From Glaucostegus cemiculus (lineage: Eukaryota), in NCBI GenBank assembly GCA_976551045.1, contig CDPCPM010000078.1:2604001-2668000 (forward strand): a stretch of DNA of 64,000 nucleotides, read 5' to 3'. This document shows, in pieces, positions 38,346 through 51,441 of this stretch. Position 1 is the stretch's first letter, and each line of letters begins with the position of its first letter. Under the pieces are notes generated by a model. The model made no database searches. It had not been told where the DNA came from and saw only the letters and a list, made by a program, of their open reading frames with translations. A program made the position numbers and the translations under genes.

Positions 38346-38994
38346 ACCTCTCTGAATGGGAATCTATTTGTCCATTTAATTTTTATACTATTGAGGTGAA
38401 ATGGTAGGGGATTCTCTTTAATTGAGGCAAATGAGAATTAGTATGTTACTCCGTATAATCAAAATGAATCAGAATGATGGGTTTATTTAACCGGGATGAA
38501 TGGGACGTGTGTTGGGTTATTCTAAATGTGTACAATTGAAGTGAATGCTTAGAGGCTGTCTCATTGACTTCTTTCTAATTGCAGTGGATTTGAAGAAATT
38601 GGTCAATTGGTATTGAATTTAATTGGGATGAAGTAGAAGGCCACGGGTCATTTTTAATTGCCTGGATTTAAATTCCCCAGCTGCCACGCTCATATTCAAA
38701 CCCATGCCCCCAGAATATTAATCAGCCTTGATCTATGTGCCACCATGCTGTTAATTGGAAGGAAGTTGGATTAATTCAAAGAGAAACTGATTTTTCAAAG
38801 AGGATGTTGCTAATAATCTTGGTAGAAAGGGGTTAGTAGAGATATAGTTGAACTGAAAGCTGATAAAGGAGGCACTAGAAATATCGGAAACAAGGAATGC
38901 CAGAAGCATTCAACAAATCAAGCAGCATCTCTGGTGAGAGAAATAAAGTCAACACTTCAGTTCAAAGGCCTTCATCATAACTCCAATTACTCGA

Positions 38995-40640
38995 AAGGCG
39001 AGCAAGACATCACATCTGGATGAGATACCTCCTAGGTTGCCGAGAGAGGTGGGAATGGAGATTATAGAAGTGCTTGCTGTAAACTCCCAGTCTAACCCAA
39101 AAGCATGAAAAACGGCAAATGTAAAACACGTGTCCAAAAAGAACTGTAAGGAACTACCAGGGAACTATGGGCCACCTCAGTTTTGGACCAGATTCCAGTA
39201 ACATTCTAAAGACGTACGGGTAGGTTAATTTGGGGGTTTAGAATGGGCGGCGCGGACTCATTGGGCCGAAAGGGCCTGTTACCACGCTGTAAATAAAATA
39301 AATTTAATAAAATAAAAAATACATTTAAAATTTAACAATAATCAGGGAAAACGTTAATAAGCAGATTGACTTGGGAAAGGCGAACCAGCACGGATTTGTT
39401 AAAGGCATGTCTGGTTTAGGTAACATACTTGAATATTTGATGATATAATAGAGATTAATGAAGAGGGGCAATAGATTCCATCCGTATGGATTTTAAGAAA
39501 CTGTATGATAAATCCTTTGCAAAAAGCTAGTTACCAAAATTGAGGTTGATGGAACTAATTAATCAAAAGCAGTGTGGATTGTACATTGGCTTAAAGGCAG
39601 AGGGCAGCTGTAAATGGTTGTTTTGCACACAGTAGACAGAGTTGGTCCCCAGAGGTCAGTGTCTTTTGTAATATATATTAATAACTTGGATACACGTGCA
39701 GGGTAAAATTTCCAATTTACAGATTACGCAAAGATGGAAGCATGGTAAACAATGAGTAGGTAGCAATAGGTAGTGAAAAGACATAGATGGATTGTTTGAA
39801 TAGGCAAGCAAGTGACAGATGAATTAATATAAGTAACCCCAGCATTACTGAAGGGCTGCGTTCCTAGAAACTGGTCCATATCGTGATTTTCTGTATGGCG
39901 AAGACCCGTCATCTGCTCATGAATCAAGAGACACAAGGTGAATAAAATTAGTATTGCATTGATTTATTTCCTTTATTTCACACAAATGAGAGTGAGTTTT
40001 ATTCCATAGCTTAAACTTCTGGGTAGTGATTTGTGAATTCTGTAAAGGCGAAATTTTGTTACCCAAACGGCTGTAATGGGAGGGGTCACCTGTACAGCCA
40101 AGTAAGCAGTGGTATTATTTGGTAGAAAGAAGGGGCAATGTAGACAAGGCACATGGGAATGTGGGAATCATAAATAGAAGCAATGAGTACAAAAATAAAA
40201 AGTTAACACTTAACCAGTAAAAAAAAATGCTGGCTAGCAGACAGCTGGAGTATTGCATCCAATTCTGGTCAACTAATTTTGGGAAGGTTGTGATGGTGCT
40301 CGAGAGGGTGAAGAAAAGATTTTCAGGGATGATTTTCAGGGATGATTTTAGGATGATAGATTTCAAACAGAGAAGGTAGAGTTGTTCTCCTTGAAGGTTG
40401 AGAGGATTTGATAGAGGTGGACAGATCATGGCTGGTTTGGACAGGGGTGAGAGGGAGAACCTGCTTCCATTAGCAGTCGCCTCACAAATTTGGGGTGATA
40501 CAATTAAGATTTTAGGAAAAAGATAGAAGGAAAATCTTTCCTACTTAGAGACTTGTTATGATCTGGAATTCACTGCTAGAAAGAGTGGTGGAAACAGAAT
40601 CACTCAGTGCCTCAAAAAATAAATTGCATAGGCACTAAGA
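38995..40640 (+). mobile_element. Old degraded CR1 LINE with nested insertions
   Basis: CAGCACGGATTTGTTAAAGG and CTGGAGTATTGCATCCAATTCTGG. Interrupted by a SINE 3' half (~39205-39320) and a MITE. Confidence 0.7.
39830..40092. mobile_element. Tc1/mariner (pogo/Tigger-like) MITE
   Basis: Diverged terminal inverted repeats (TAAGTAACCCCAGCATTAC / GTAATGGGAGGGGTCACCTG) with TA on both sides, inside a CR1. Confidence 0.5.
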
Positions 40641-41189
40641 AAGAATAATTTGCAAGATCAAAAAACAAGCTGCTGGAGGAACACAATGGTTAAAATGCAG
40701 GGTCTTGATCTGAAATATTAACTATCCCTTTGCCTCCACAGATGCTGTCTGACCCATTGAGCTCCTCCAGCCACTTGCTTTTTTGCTCCAGATCCCAGCA
40801 TCTGCAGTCACTTGTGTCTGCATAATTTGCAGGATTATGTGGAAAGAGCAAGGCAATGAGACTGATAGGATTGCTTTGTAAGGTCTGGACATAGACTTTA
40901 TGAGTTAATGGGCTCTTTCTGTGCCTTAACAATTCCATGGCTGCATGATTTTTAATTTGTATTCCACCTAATTGAGGTGGACATTTTGAAGACTGAGGCA
41001 TTTAACTACTTAACAGGTAAGGAATTGACCTATTGATATTCTTTTTAAATGATATAGATGGGAAGGTGATTGGTCCATTGGAATGCTACTTAGCCAGTGT
41101 AAATGGGAAATAGAATTCATTTATTAACAGTCTGTTTAATTTAGAAATTTGAATGGGAGTAATCACCATATATGGGTTGAAAATGTAAA

Positions 41190-43300
41190 TTAGTAAATTG
41201 GTGAATTGGTTTATTATGTCCGAGGTACAGTGAAAAACTTGTTTTGCATGCCGTACATACCAGATAGACAGGGGTTCCAGGGGATTGAACTGAGTACAGT
41301 TGAGATTACTAGGGAGAAGGTGCTAAGGAAGCTAAGTGGATTAAAGACAGATAAGTCACCCGGACCGGATGAGGTGCACCCTCGGTTTCTGAAGGAGGTG
41401 GCTTTAGAGATTGTAGAGGCATTAGTGATTATTTTCCAGGAGTCAATGGACTCCGGCATGGTTCCGGAGGACTGGAGAGTAGCGAACGTAGTTCCACTGT
41501 ATAAGAAAGGTGGGAGGCAGCATAAAGGTAATTACAGACCAATTAGTTTGACGTCAGTAGTGGGAAAGATACTGGAATCGATCCTCAAGGATGAGGTTAC
41601 GGAATACCTGGTGATTCAAGACAGGATAGGTCCAAGCCAGCATGGTTTCGTAAAGGGAAGATCTTGCCTGACCAACCTATTGGAGTTTTTTGAGGAAATC
41701 TCAGGTAGGGTGGATAAGGGAGAGGCAGTGGACATTGTGTATTTAGACATTCAAAAGGCCTTCGACAAGGTGCTGCATCAGAGGTTGATTAATAAGATGA
41801 GTACGCATGGAATTACAGGAAGGATATTAAAATGGGTCGAGCATTGGCTGGTAGGCAGAAAGCAATGGGTAGGAATAAAAGGATCCTGTTCTGGATGGCG
41901 ACCGTTTACTAGTGGTGTCCCGCAAGGGTCGGTGTTGGGCCCGCTACTTTTCACTTTATATATTAATGATTTGGATGATGGAGTAAATGGTTTTGTAGCT
42001 AAGTCTGCGGATGAAACCAAGATTGGCGGTGGAGCAGGGAGTATAGCAGAGGCAGGAAGGTTGCAGAGAGACTTGGATAGTTTAGGTGAATGGGCAAAGA
42101 AATGGCAGATGAAATTCAATGTTGACAAATGTGCTGTAGTACACTTTGGCAAAAGAAATGAATGGGCAGATTATTATCTAGATGGGGAGGAAATTGGAAG
42201 TACGGAAGTACAAAGGGACTTGGGGGTACTCATGCAGGACACCCTAAAAGTCAACCACCAGGTTGGATCGGCGATAAAGAAAGCAAATGCTATGTTGGCG
42301 TTCATTTCGCGAGGTATAGTGTATAGAAGTAGGGAAGTGATGATGAGGCTCTATGGAGCACTGGTACGTCCTCATTTGGAATACTGTGTGCAGTTTTGGG
42401 CCCCACACCTTAGAAGGGATGTGCTGATCTTGGAGAGGGTTCAGAGGAGGTTTACAAGGATGAGTCCTGGTATGAAAGGGCTTACCTATGATGAGCATTT
42501 ATCGGCTCTTGGACTGTACTCATTGGAGTACAGAAGAATGAGGGGGGACCTCATAGAAGTGTTTAGAATGTTGAAAGGAATGGATAGAGTAGATGTGGAT
42601 AGGCTGTTTCCCATGGTGGGTGAGTCCAAGACTAGAGGGCACAGACTTAGAATCAGAGGGAACCAGTTTAAAACAGAGATGAGGAGAAATTACTTTAGTC
42701 AGAGGGTGGTGGAATTGTGGAATTCTCTGCCACATACAGCTGTAGAGGCTCAGTCAGTGGGGGCATTTAAAGGGGAGTTGGATAGGTACCTAATTAATCA
42801 AGGTATCAAGGATTATGGGGATAAGGCTGGAAATTGGGGATAGATATGTTATCTTTTCTCTTCTTCTCATGGAGCAGACTCGAAGGGCTGAATGGCCTAC
42901 TTCTGCTCCCTTGTCTTGTGATCTTGTGAGATCATTTCATTACAACAGTACAAGGGAAAATAATAACAGAATGCAGAATAAAGTGTTACAGTTACAGAGA
43001 AAGTAAAGTGCAGGTAGACAATGAAATGCAAGGCTATAATGAGGGAGAATGTGAGGTCAAAAATCCACATTACCATACTAGGGGACCGTTCAATACTCTT
43101 ATAACAGTGGGATAGAAGCTGTCCTTGAGCCTAGTCGTACATTCTTTTGGGCTTTTGTATGTCATGCCCGATGTGAGGCAGGAGAAGAGAGACTGTCTGT
43201 GGTGGGTGGGGTCTTTGATTATGTTGGCTGCTTTACTGAGCCTGCGAGAAGTGTGGACAAAGTCCAAGAAGGGAAGGCTGGTTTTTGTGATGTGGTGAAC
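41190..43300 (-). mobile_element. Rex/Babar 3' fragment split by the CR1 insertion
   Basis: 41190-41265 and 42929-43300 join into the element seen uninterrupted at 17110 and 49198; minus ORF KAANIIKDPTH...TTRLKDSFYP. Confidence 0.8.
41266..42928 (+). mobile_element. Young 5'-truncated CR1 LINE; ORF2 RT region open to the stop at 42843
   Basis: KSPGPDEVHP, NYRPISLTS, QHGF, YLDIQKAFDKV, GVPQGSVLGPLLF, KSADET, RPHLEYCVQFW; TCTTGTGA tail repeat; AGAT duplicated at 41262-41265 and 42929-42932. Confidence 0.95.
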
Positions 43301-43720
43301 TAATGAATGTGTATTTAAACTGCTGAATGAGAAGGGGATTTGCTCTGTTGGAATTCTACAAAGTTGAGGTGAATGAAAAGGGGTTGGTCTACTGGAAGTT
43401 TATTTAATGAAGAGGTGGTTTATCTACTAATTAAAGCAATTTGGAAGGTTTATTGAAATAGTTCAATTGTAGTGAACATGAAACAATTGAGAATTCTATT
43501 TAAGTGGGATTAACAAAACAGAATTTACTAATTTTCTTAAATTCAGATGAATGCAAAAATAATCGCTGATATTCTTCTATAGCAGTGGGGTGAATTGGAG
43601 AGACTTATTCTGTTACTCTGTTAATTATGATGAATGGGAAAGGTCTTTGGATATTTTATTCAATTGAATTGAATTGGAAGAGAATTGTTTTATTTGCTTG
43701 GAGTGAATGGGAAAGAACCA

Positions 43721-43850
43721 ATCTATTAATATTCTATTTAATTGATTAGAATGGCAATGGAATTAGGTTTGCTGATGTTCTGTTGATCTATTAATATTCT
43801 ATTTAATTGATTAGAATGGCAATAGAATTAGGTTTGCTGATGTTCTGTTG
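43721..43850. repeat. Recent 65 bp tandem duplication
   Basis: 43721-43785 and 43786-43850 differ at one base. Confidence 0.92.
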
Positions 43851-45002
43851 AAAGGCAATGAATTGGAAGGCGATTGAATTATTTACGAAATTAAGGAGGA
43901 TGGTAAACTAATAGCTCAATTTGAATTCCATTTAGTTATAGTAAATTATTAGAGGTTTTCATAAAGTCTGTTTTGATTGTGATGAGTTTGAAGGTGAATG
44001 ATTGTTTAATGTTATTTCATTGAATGAGATAAGAACAAGTTATTGAGATTCCATTTAATTGAAGTGAAAACAAATGGATTTTCTTTAGGGGAATTGTATT
44101 TAATTGAGACAAATGGGAAGGTAATTTATCTCCTGTAATTCTGTCTACTTGTAAATGGACAAGAATTAGTATTCTGATATTTATTGGTATATCAATATTT
44201 TACTTAATATGGAGAAAGATGCCTGCATTTATATTGTTTGTCTCATGGCGTTAGGATATTGAAAATACCTTACAGCCATAAATTGCTCTTGAACTATGTA
44301 CGCCCTTGAACTGTAGGAATTACGGTGAATGGGAAAGAATTGTTCTTCTAATACGAGATTAATTTACGATAGATTGGACATAATTACACAGTCGTATTTC
44401 TATTTCTCCACCTGAATAGAAATAAATTGTATTTTCTGTACTTGATTGCATGATGGTGACTGGCAAAGAATGGCCTTATTCTATTTAATTGGGGTGAATG
44501 GCAGTAAATCAGACTATTTTATTCAACTGGTGAGGTGAGGGTGGGCTAATTGCATGTCTGCAAAGGAATTGGTATTATATTTATTTGGGGTAACTGAATA
44601 GGGAAATGGTCAAATATTTTATTGAATGGTAGTGAGCAGCTGGTGATCTACTTAAATGCATTGAATAAATAGGCATTTGTATGTTGCTGTCCATTTTAAT
44701 TGAGTCTTATTTCCATCAATCATGATATAACTACATCAATCTCATCTTTGCAAGTCAAACACACACACACACACACCCCTTTTTAATCACATCCCTGGTT
44801 AATCAGATCCATTCTTACTGAAATTCCCCTTTTGTTATTTTATTATGTCACAGCGACGACTGTATAACATTAGAAATGCTTCCTTCCTCTTATGGAAATG
44901 AAAAGCTTTTCATTTGTGCACATCCTGAATGACCTCAGGATATTTCAAAGTCCTCTGCAGCCAATGAAATACTTCCCAAATTCCAGTGCTATTGTAAGGT
45001 CA

Positions 45003-45253
45003 ATTTTTTAAAATTTTTTTTACAACGTGGTAACAGGCCCTTTTGGCCCTCCGAGTCCACGCCGCCCATTTTAACCCCCAAATTAACCTACCCGTACGTC
45101 TTTCAGAATGTAGGAGGAAACCGGAGCACCCGGAGGAAACCCACACAGACACGGAAGAACATACAAACTCCTTACAGACAGCGACGGGAATCGAACTCCG
45201 ATCGCTGGCGCTGTAACAGCGTCGCGCTAACCGCTACGCTATCGTGCCGCCCC
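45003..45253 (-). mobile_element. Young tRNA-derived V-SINE
   Basis: Reverse complement of the family at 55282-55530; CpGs retained. Confidence 0.88.
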
Positions 45254-45509
45254 AACAATGGAACAACTTATGTTTACACAGCAAAATCTTACAGATGATG
45301 CTGAAACTCTGAGAGAAATGCCAGGGTTAATGCTGGTGCTTGTCCTTCTTGCAAACAGAGTGATAGAACCTTTAAATCCACCTGAGAAGACAGCCACAGT
45401 TTAACATCCTATCAAAAATGTCCCACTGCTATTGGTATGATCAACCCACTACTAAACTGTGCTGTGCATGGTACTAAACAGTACTATCCACCTTCATTAG
45501 GTTAATAAA

Positions 45510-45830
45510 AGGCAGCACAGATGGTAGAGCCTCCACCTCACAGCTCCAATGACCTGGATTCAATCTTGGCAATGCCATTTGGGTGGAGTTTGTATGTTCT
45601 CCCTGTGACCACGCAGGTTTCCTCTGGAGGCATCTGATTTCCTCCTGTATCCCACATTGGTAGATTAATTGACCACTATAAATTGCCTCTAGTGTGTAGG
45701 TAAGTGGTAGAATCTGAGGGTGTTTGAGGGGAATGTGGGGAAAATAAAATGGAATCAGTTTCGTATTGGTGTAAATGTGTGATTGATGACTGGTGTAGTT
45801 TCAGTGTACAGAAAGGCCTGTTTCCAATAT
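45510..45830 (+). mobile_element. V-SINE, older subfamily
   Basis: V-domain-like core; similar to 13235-13570. Confidence 0.7.
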
Positions 45831-45974
45831 ATGTTAAAATTTCTGGAGAGGGAACCTGAAGCTATAACATTCTGAGTCTGGGACAAGGCTGTGACGCTCC
45901 AAGCCATGGATGACCCCAACAATCAGCAGAGACAGGACCTTTTATATTATCAGTCTGAACCTTCTACACTTCTT

Positions 45975-46380
45975 GCTGCCTCAGTAAAGAGCCAACATAA
46001 TCAAACACCCCACCCATCCCGGACGTTCTCTCTTCTCCCCCCCCCCCCCCATTGAGCAGAAGATAGAAAAGCCTGAAAGCACGTACCACCAGGCTCAAGG
46101 ACAGCTTCTATCCTGCTGTTGTAAGACTATTGAATGGTCCCTACTACCATAAGGTGAACTCTTGACCTCACAATCTACCTCTTTATGTCCTTGCACCTTA
46201 TTAACTGTCTGCACTGCACTTTCTCTGTTACTGTAAAACTTTCTTCTGCATTCTGTTATTGTTTTCCATTATACAACATCAACGCACTGATGTTGTGAAA
46301 TGATCTGTATGGATAGCATGCAAAACAAAGTTTTTCACTGTACCTCTATATGTGACAATAATAAACAAATTTACCAATTT
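45975..46380 (+). mobile_element. Rex/Babar 3' end fragment
   Basis: ACCACCAGGCTCAAGGACAGCTTCTATCC and a 3'UTR like 23000-23307. Confidence 0.8.
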
Positions 46381-47006
46381 ACCCAGGTCCATTATAAAGA
46401 ACTCCTTATTTTAATGTTTAACATTGCTTGTGAATATGTAGCTGTATGTGATTCAATATTCTTTCAAACATATATTTTTGCCTCATAGTGAATGGTCTTT
46501 AACAGAAGCAGTGCATTTATGCCTTGGATATGAAATATATTTGTTATGTTCAGGCAGGGCATTTGATCTGTAAGAGAAGGGATGGGGAGCAGCCATCAAA
46601 GCGTGACAGTCTTATTTGATGGAAACTCGTAACTTCAGGCGTTTGGCATCATTTCACAATGTGGATTTCCTGCCCAGAATAACTGGCAAAATGTGAATTT
46701 CCAAATCCCTGCGCAACTCCTTCCTCCTTGCACCACACTCCACCCACTTTCTCTCCACACACACACTCGCAGAGCTCCTTCTAAATGTCAATCAAACTCG
46801 CAGCATCTAATCCCTTGGATTTGCAAAACACACAGATGCACAGGCGATAAGTATCCCGGACCAGACCAAGTCACAACTCCGACTGGAAGTTGGGAAGAAG
46901 AGCACTACAAAAGAAGAACAAAACATACCAAGAAGTGGTTTGTTTTTAAGGAGAAATCGGTGCCATCAGAGACGTTCTGGGAGGCTTCATTTTTGTCAGT
47001 TTCAGG

Positions 47007-47072
47007 ATGATCCTTGCAGTTTCTGGCTGGATGATGCTCTGTGTTTTAGAACTAGTTTCTGGTGCAGACCAG
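47007..47072 (+). CDS. Candidate first coding exon (signal peptide) of an unidentified gene
   Basis: ATG...CAG|gtaagg encodes MILAVSGWMMLCVLELVSGADQ; strong donor; repeat-poor, mildly CpG-enriched context. No recognisable downstream domain in the window. Confidence 0.4.
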
Positions 47073-48559
47073 GTAAGGAGGCTTGAACCTGGAAAAAACA
47101 GCTTAGAGCTGCGTTCAAATGTTTAAATGTAGCAGGCAAGAAAGACTTGATTCTATTAACGTTCGAGTTTGGCAAGTAACTTCCTTCGCAGTTAATTTTC
47201 GCACCCCCTCCCCCTCGGGATTTAAAGCATGCGGAGGATTTTGTATGTGGGAAGTGTGTTTGTGTCACCTCTCGGGGGAAAAGAAGGAATAACGAACAGT
47301 CATCTTTAATGAACTGCAATTTAATGTGACGGAATTCATCACGGGTAGTTTCAATACATTGATTGTTACAGTGAAAAAAAATAGAAATCCTTCTAGCCCC
47401 TAGACAATATCTTAACGATCTGGGTGACTTATCTTGGCCTCGGTGAGTGAGTTAAACGGGCAGGTAGCCTAACATTTGATAATTTTAGTTATTCCAAAGC
47501 AAGTTATGTCTTTAGCTCTTGTTTGAATTCAGTGTGATTTTCAGTTTTGCATCACGCTGGAATCTGAATAGCCACCTATATCAAATTTAAGCCAAGCATT
47601 GGTAAAACCATCTCCACCATACTGAGGTATATCTACAGATCTGCAATGAAGTCGGTTCTCTGTTCTTCAGGTTACGGTCTGGGATATTACACACCTCAGC
47701 CTAATCGTTGTAACCTTGAATGGGCAAAATACAGTCGTCACAGTGTGACTCTAGATACATTTCTAACTGGTAAATTAAGAACAGCAGAAGTAGTTATTTG
47801 GCTCATGATGTAAGTACTGACACTTGCACGCCATATTGCTGTCAACTTTTATCTTGCTGTACTCTTGCTGGTAAAAGGATAAAACTAAAATGTGTGATTG
47901 TTGTGGCAGGTCCTTCATTACTGAATGTTGGGAGATATTTATTAATAAGATGTGTTGACTACATTAACGAGTGCTTTGTGTGAGAGATGTAACAAACTGG
48001 TGCTTGAGGCTAAAATGGTGTCACCATATCGACAGCTGCGGTCAGTTGGAGGTTTCTATTGGATGATACTTAACAAATCTTGTCAAAGAACTATTGGTCT
48101 GTCTTTGGCCCTTTTATTCCTCTTGAGAAATAATTGGCTATGATCACCAGTAAATTGAACCATTTCCGTACATGAATAGTCAGGGAGATGCAGAGCTAAC
48201 TGTGTAAATTTGGTCCCACCAGCCATCTTTAGACAGGTGCCAGACTTGATCCTGTAATACAACTGTGGCCTGTCTCCTTGGTTCAGGAGAGTGGGTGTAA
48301 GTTCACATGTGTGTGCACAGTGCACAGATTTGTCTGAAAACCTCAAGGTAGTGAAGTCTTCTGGAACATGGAAGCACAAGAATGACGGCATTGTACTGTA
48401 ACTGAGTAATTAAAGAGTGTGTTTATGTTGGAGTTTAAAGCATCATTTATTTTGGCACAAGAAGGCCAAATGGTTAGAAGCTGTGATAAACATACGCAGA
48501 TAGCAGTGAAGGGAAAAGCACAACTTGCAAACTTCGGCATGCTCCAAATTGCTTTTATT

Positions 48560-48750
48560 ATCATTGAGGTGCTTTTGAAATATAAGCACTGATGTAGTGG
48601 AGGCCACATGGCTGTCAATTTGCACACAGTGAGCTCCCACCAATAGCAAAAAGAGAAATGAAGAGAGAACCCTGTTTCAGTGATTTTGGCTGAGGAATTG
48701 AACAGTTCATTGGGGAACATTTCTGAAAGTAAGCCCATGGGATCTTTTAA
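48560..48750 (-). mobile_element. Deu-domain SINE fragment
   Basis: Minus strand TTGCTATTGGTGGGAGCTCACTGTGTGCAAATTGACAGCC resembles the DeuSINE core. Probable relatives at ~16510-16845, 24000-24240, 50540-51030. Confidence 0.5.
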
Positions 48751-49197
48751 CTGAAGAGAAAGTCAGGATCTCTGTTTAGAATGGATTTCTGGATTTTAAA
48801 GGAATCAAGGAATATGGATATAATACAACAGAAAGACATTGAGGGTGAAGATTAGCCATGATCTTGATGAATGGCAGAGCAGAAGAGTCAACTGGCCTAC
48901 TGCTGGTCCTAATTCCATGCTCTTGTGTCTTAGCTGAAAATAGAACCTGCACCAGTGCAACTGGTGTAACACATTATTCTGCATAATGTTTTTCCATTTC
49001 ACTACCTCAATGTGCTTGTGTATGGAATGATCTGTCATGCAAACAATAGCTTTTCACTGTACCTTGATACATGTGACAATAATAAACCAATTCCAATTCC
49101 AATTCATTTAGTCCTGCACAGGGAATGCCAACTTGTAGTTTGTGTTCAGTTTTCCAGATGGGAAAATAGATATGCAGCATTCTGACTGAAAGATGCG

Positions 49198-49512
49198 ATT
49201 GGTAAATTGGTTTATTATTGTCACATATACTGAGGTACAGTGAAAAACTTTGTTTTGCATTCTGTCCATACAGATCATTTCACAACATCAGTGCATTGAG
49301 GTAGTACAATGACAAACAATAACAGAATGTAGAATAAAGTGTTACAGTTACAGAGAAAGTGCAGTGCAGGCAGATAATAAGGTGCAAGGCCATAACAAAG
49401 TAGATTGTGAGGTCAAGTGTCCATCTTATCATTCTAGGGGACCATTCAATAGTCTTACAACAGTGGGGTAGAAGCCGTCCTTGAGCCTGGTGGTACGTGC
49501 TTTCAGGCTTTT
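49198..49512 (-). mobile_element. Rex/Babar 3' end fragment
   Basis: Same 3'UTR family as 17110; an oppositely oriented piece lies at ~48945-49105. Confidence 0.8.
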
Positions 49513-51441
49513 CAGAGAAAATACCTTCTGAACCATGTCTGCACTTTAAAGGCCAAATGGGTACATTCCACCTGCTGATTAAACAACTGTCCAGCCCTGC
49601 AGGTATCTAAAGAATAAATAAAAATGTCTGTGTCTCATAGTGGAGGACAGGGTCACCATGAGTGGTGATTATAATGTAGTTACCACTGATGCATGAGTGT
49701 GGTTGAATCTGTTTTTCTGTTAAGGAATTATCTGATAATATTGAAATGTATTATTATGCGTTGGGTGAAACTTTTGGATTTTGGGTAATTTGAGATATGA
49801 TGTATGGCAAGTGAAACATACCCGTGAAGAACAGATGACTTGGGACCAATGGTTTTTGGAGCTTCTTCTGGGATTTTCCACCACCTTGTCAGGATCTGTT
49901 GTGGACTAATTTATTGAGGCTTATTTCTGTGATAAGTAACAGTTGTATTATTTTATCAGTCAATTACCATGAGAGTAGAAAGTGATATTGTTAGACCATC
50001 CTTTTCCTCCACTTTTTCTATGTTTACACTGATTTAAGTTCCAAATAAATGAGACTTTAGACCTTGAAAAATTATCCTGTCCTTTTTTTTCAATCTGTGG
50101 TTCATTCTGTACACTCACACAGAAATCAGAGTTTTCTGACAAGCCTCACATTTTGGGAAGAGGACATTGGGGGAAGTAGAGGACAGGATGCTGTAAATAC
50201 AGAACAGCTAGACACACTGCAACACCTTGCTAAAATGGAGAATAAATGTCAGGTATGTCATGTCACCAGGAAAACTCTATGAGTGTTTAAATGACCAAGA
50301 AAGACAACAAGACAACGGACACCAGAGAGATGAAGTTGTGTTCCCTGACAAAACTACAGTGCCAGTGAAAAAAATCAGTTACATCCCAAGAGATTCTATG
50401 TACTGTTCCAAATTCCAGTAAGTCACATTCCAATTCATGTACAGTACCAGTCTTATCCATGTCTTGTATAATTTGATCTGATTGGCAAAATTGCCCTCTA
50501 TAGATTTATCCTATGAATATTTTATATAAAGTCAGGATGTCTCAAAGCACTTTCCAGACAATTAAATACTTCTGAAGTGTAGTCTGTTGTGAACACTACA
50601 CTTGCACTGATATAAAATTTATTGGCTGTCAGTCTTGTCTCAGTGGTGGCTGTCTTGTCAGTTGTAAATTCATAGTTTCCACTCTGAGACTTGAACAGAG
50701 AAAGGAGGCCGACTAAGGGAGAACTGCAGGGTTGTCCCTGTTGTCTTTTGAATCAGATGATCTGAGGCACAACTAAGCCACACAAGTGGATGTAAACAAC
50801 CTCTGCCACTATTCAAGGAAGTTCGGAGGAGTCCTGGTGAATGCTTCTCTCTTAAATAGTGGTAATAAAACTGATTTTCTGCATTAACTCATTGGTGCTT
50901 GTAGGATGGTGAGTGATTGTGTCTCCTATAATACATTAGTGACTGGACTTCAAAAGTATTTCATTATCTATAAAGCCTTTGGGACCCCTAAAGGCAGGAA
51001 AGGTGACGTGTAAGTGCAGCTACTTTCCTGTTCCCTATGATCAGGTAAAGGCTGAATGGAGACAAGGGTGTTCTTAATTCCACAGAGTCGGTGAAAGGGC
51101 CATTTTATAGTGAAACAGTGGTCAGGGAGTCATTGAGACACACAGCACGGAAACATTAGCCTGTAGCAGCCAGCAGGGTGTGACTTAGAAAAACACGAGG
51201 ACACGGAGACTCGATCGAGCACGCTTTAATAACTCACCAGAAAAAACCGCGCGCATGCAGAACTACAAAAAACATGGCCGGCTGAAGTGACGTCATACTC
51301 CTGCTGGAAGTCCCGCCTTCTGGCGCTATCGCGAGGACTCGCGCATTTCCCCACGGCAGCCGACGGCGTTTCGGGCACCGGTAGCACGGGTCGTCACACG
51401 CACCCCCCCTCCCAGAAACGCCCATTGGAAGCGCGGGGCCA

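Larger units (their letters stand above)
35930..44700. repeat. Ancient AT-rich satellite field (~45 bp unit) interrupted by retroelements
   Basis: Words like TCTATTGATATTCTATTTAATTGAGGTGAATGGGAAAGG recur at ~35930-36300, 37780-38110, 38350-38650, 40960-41180 and 43300-44700. Confidence 0.6.
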
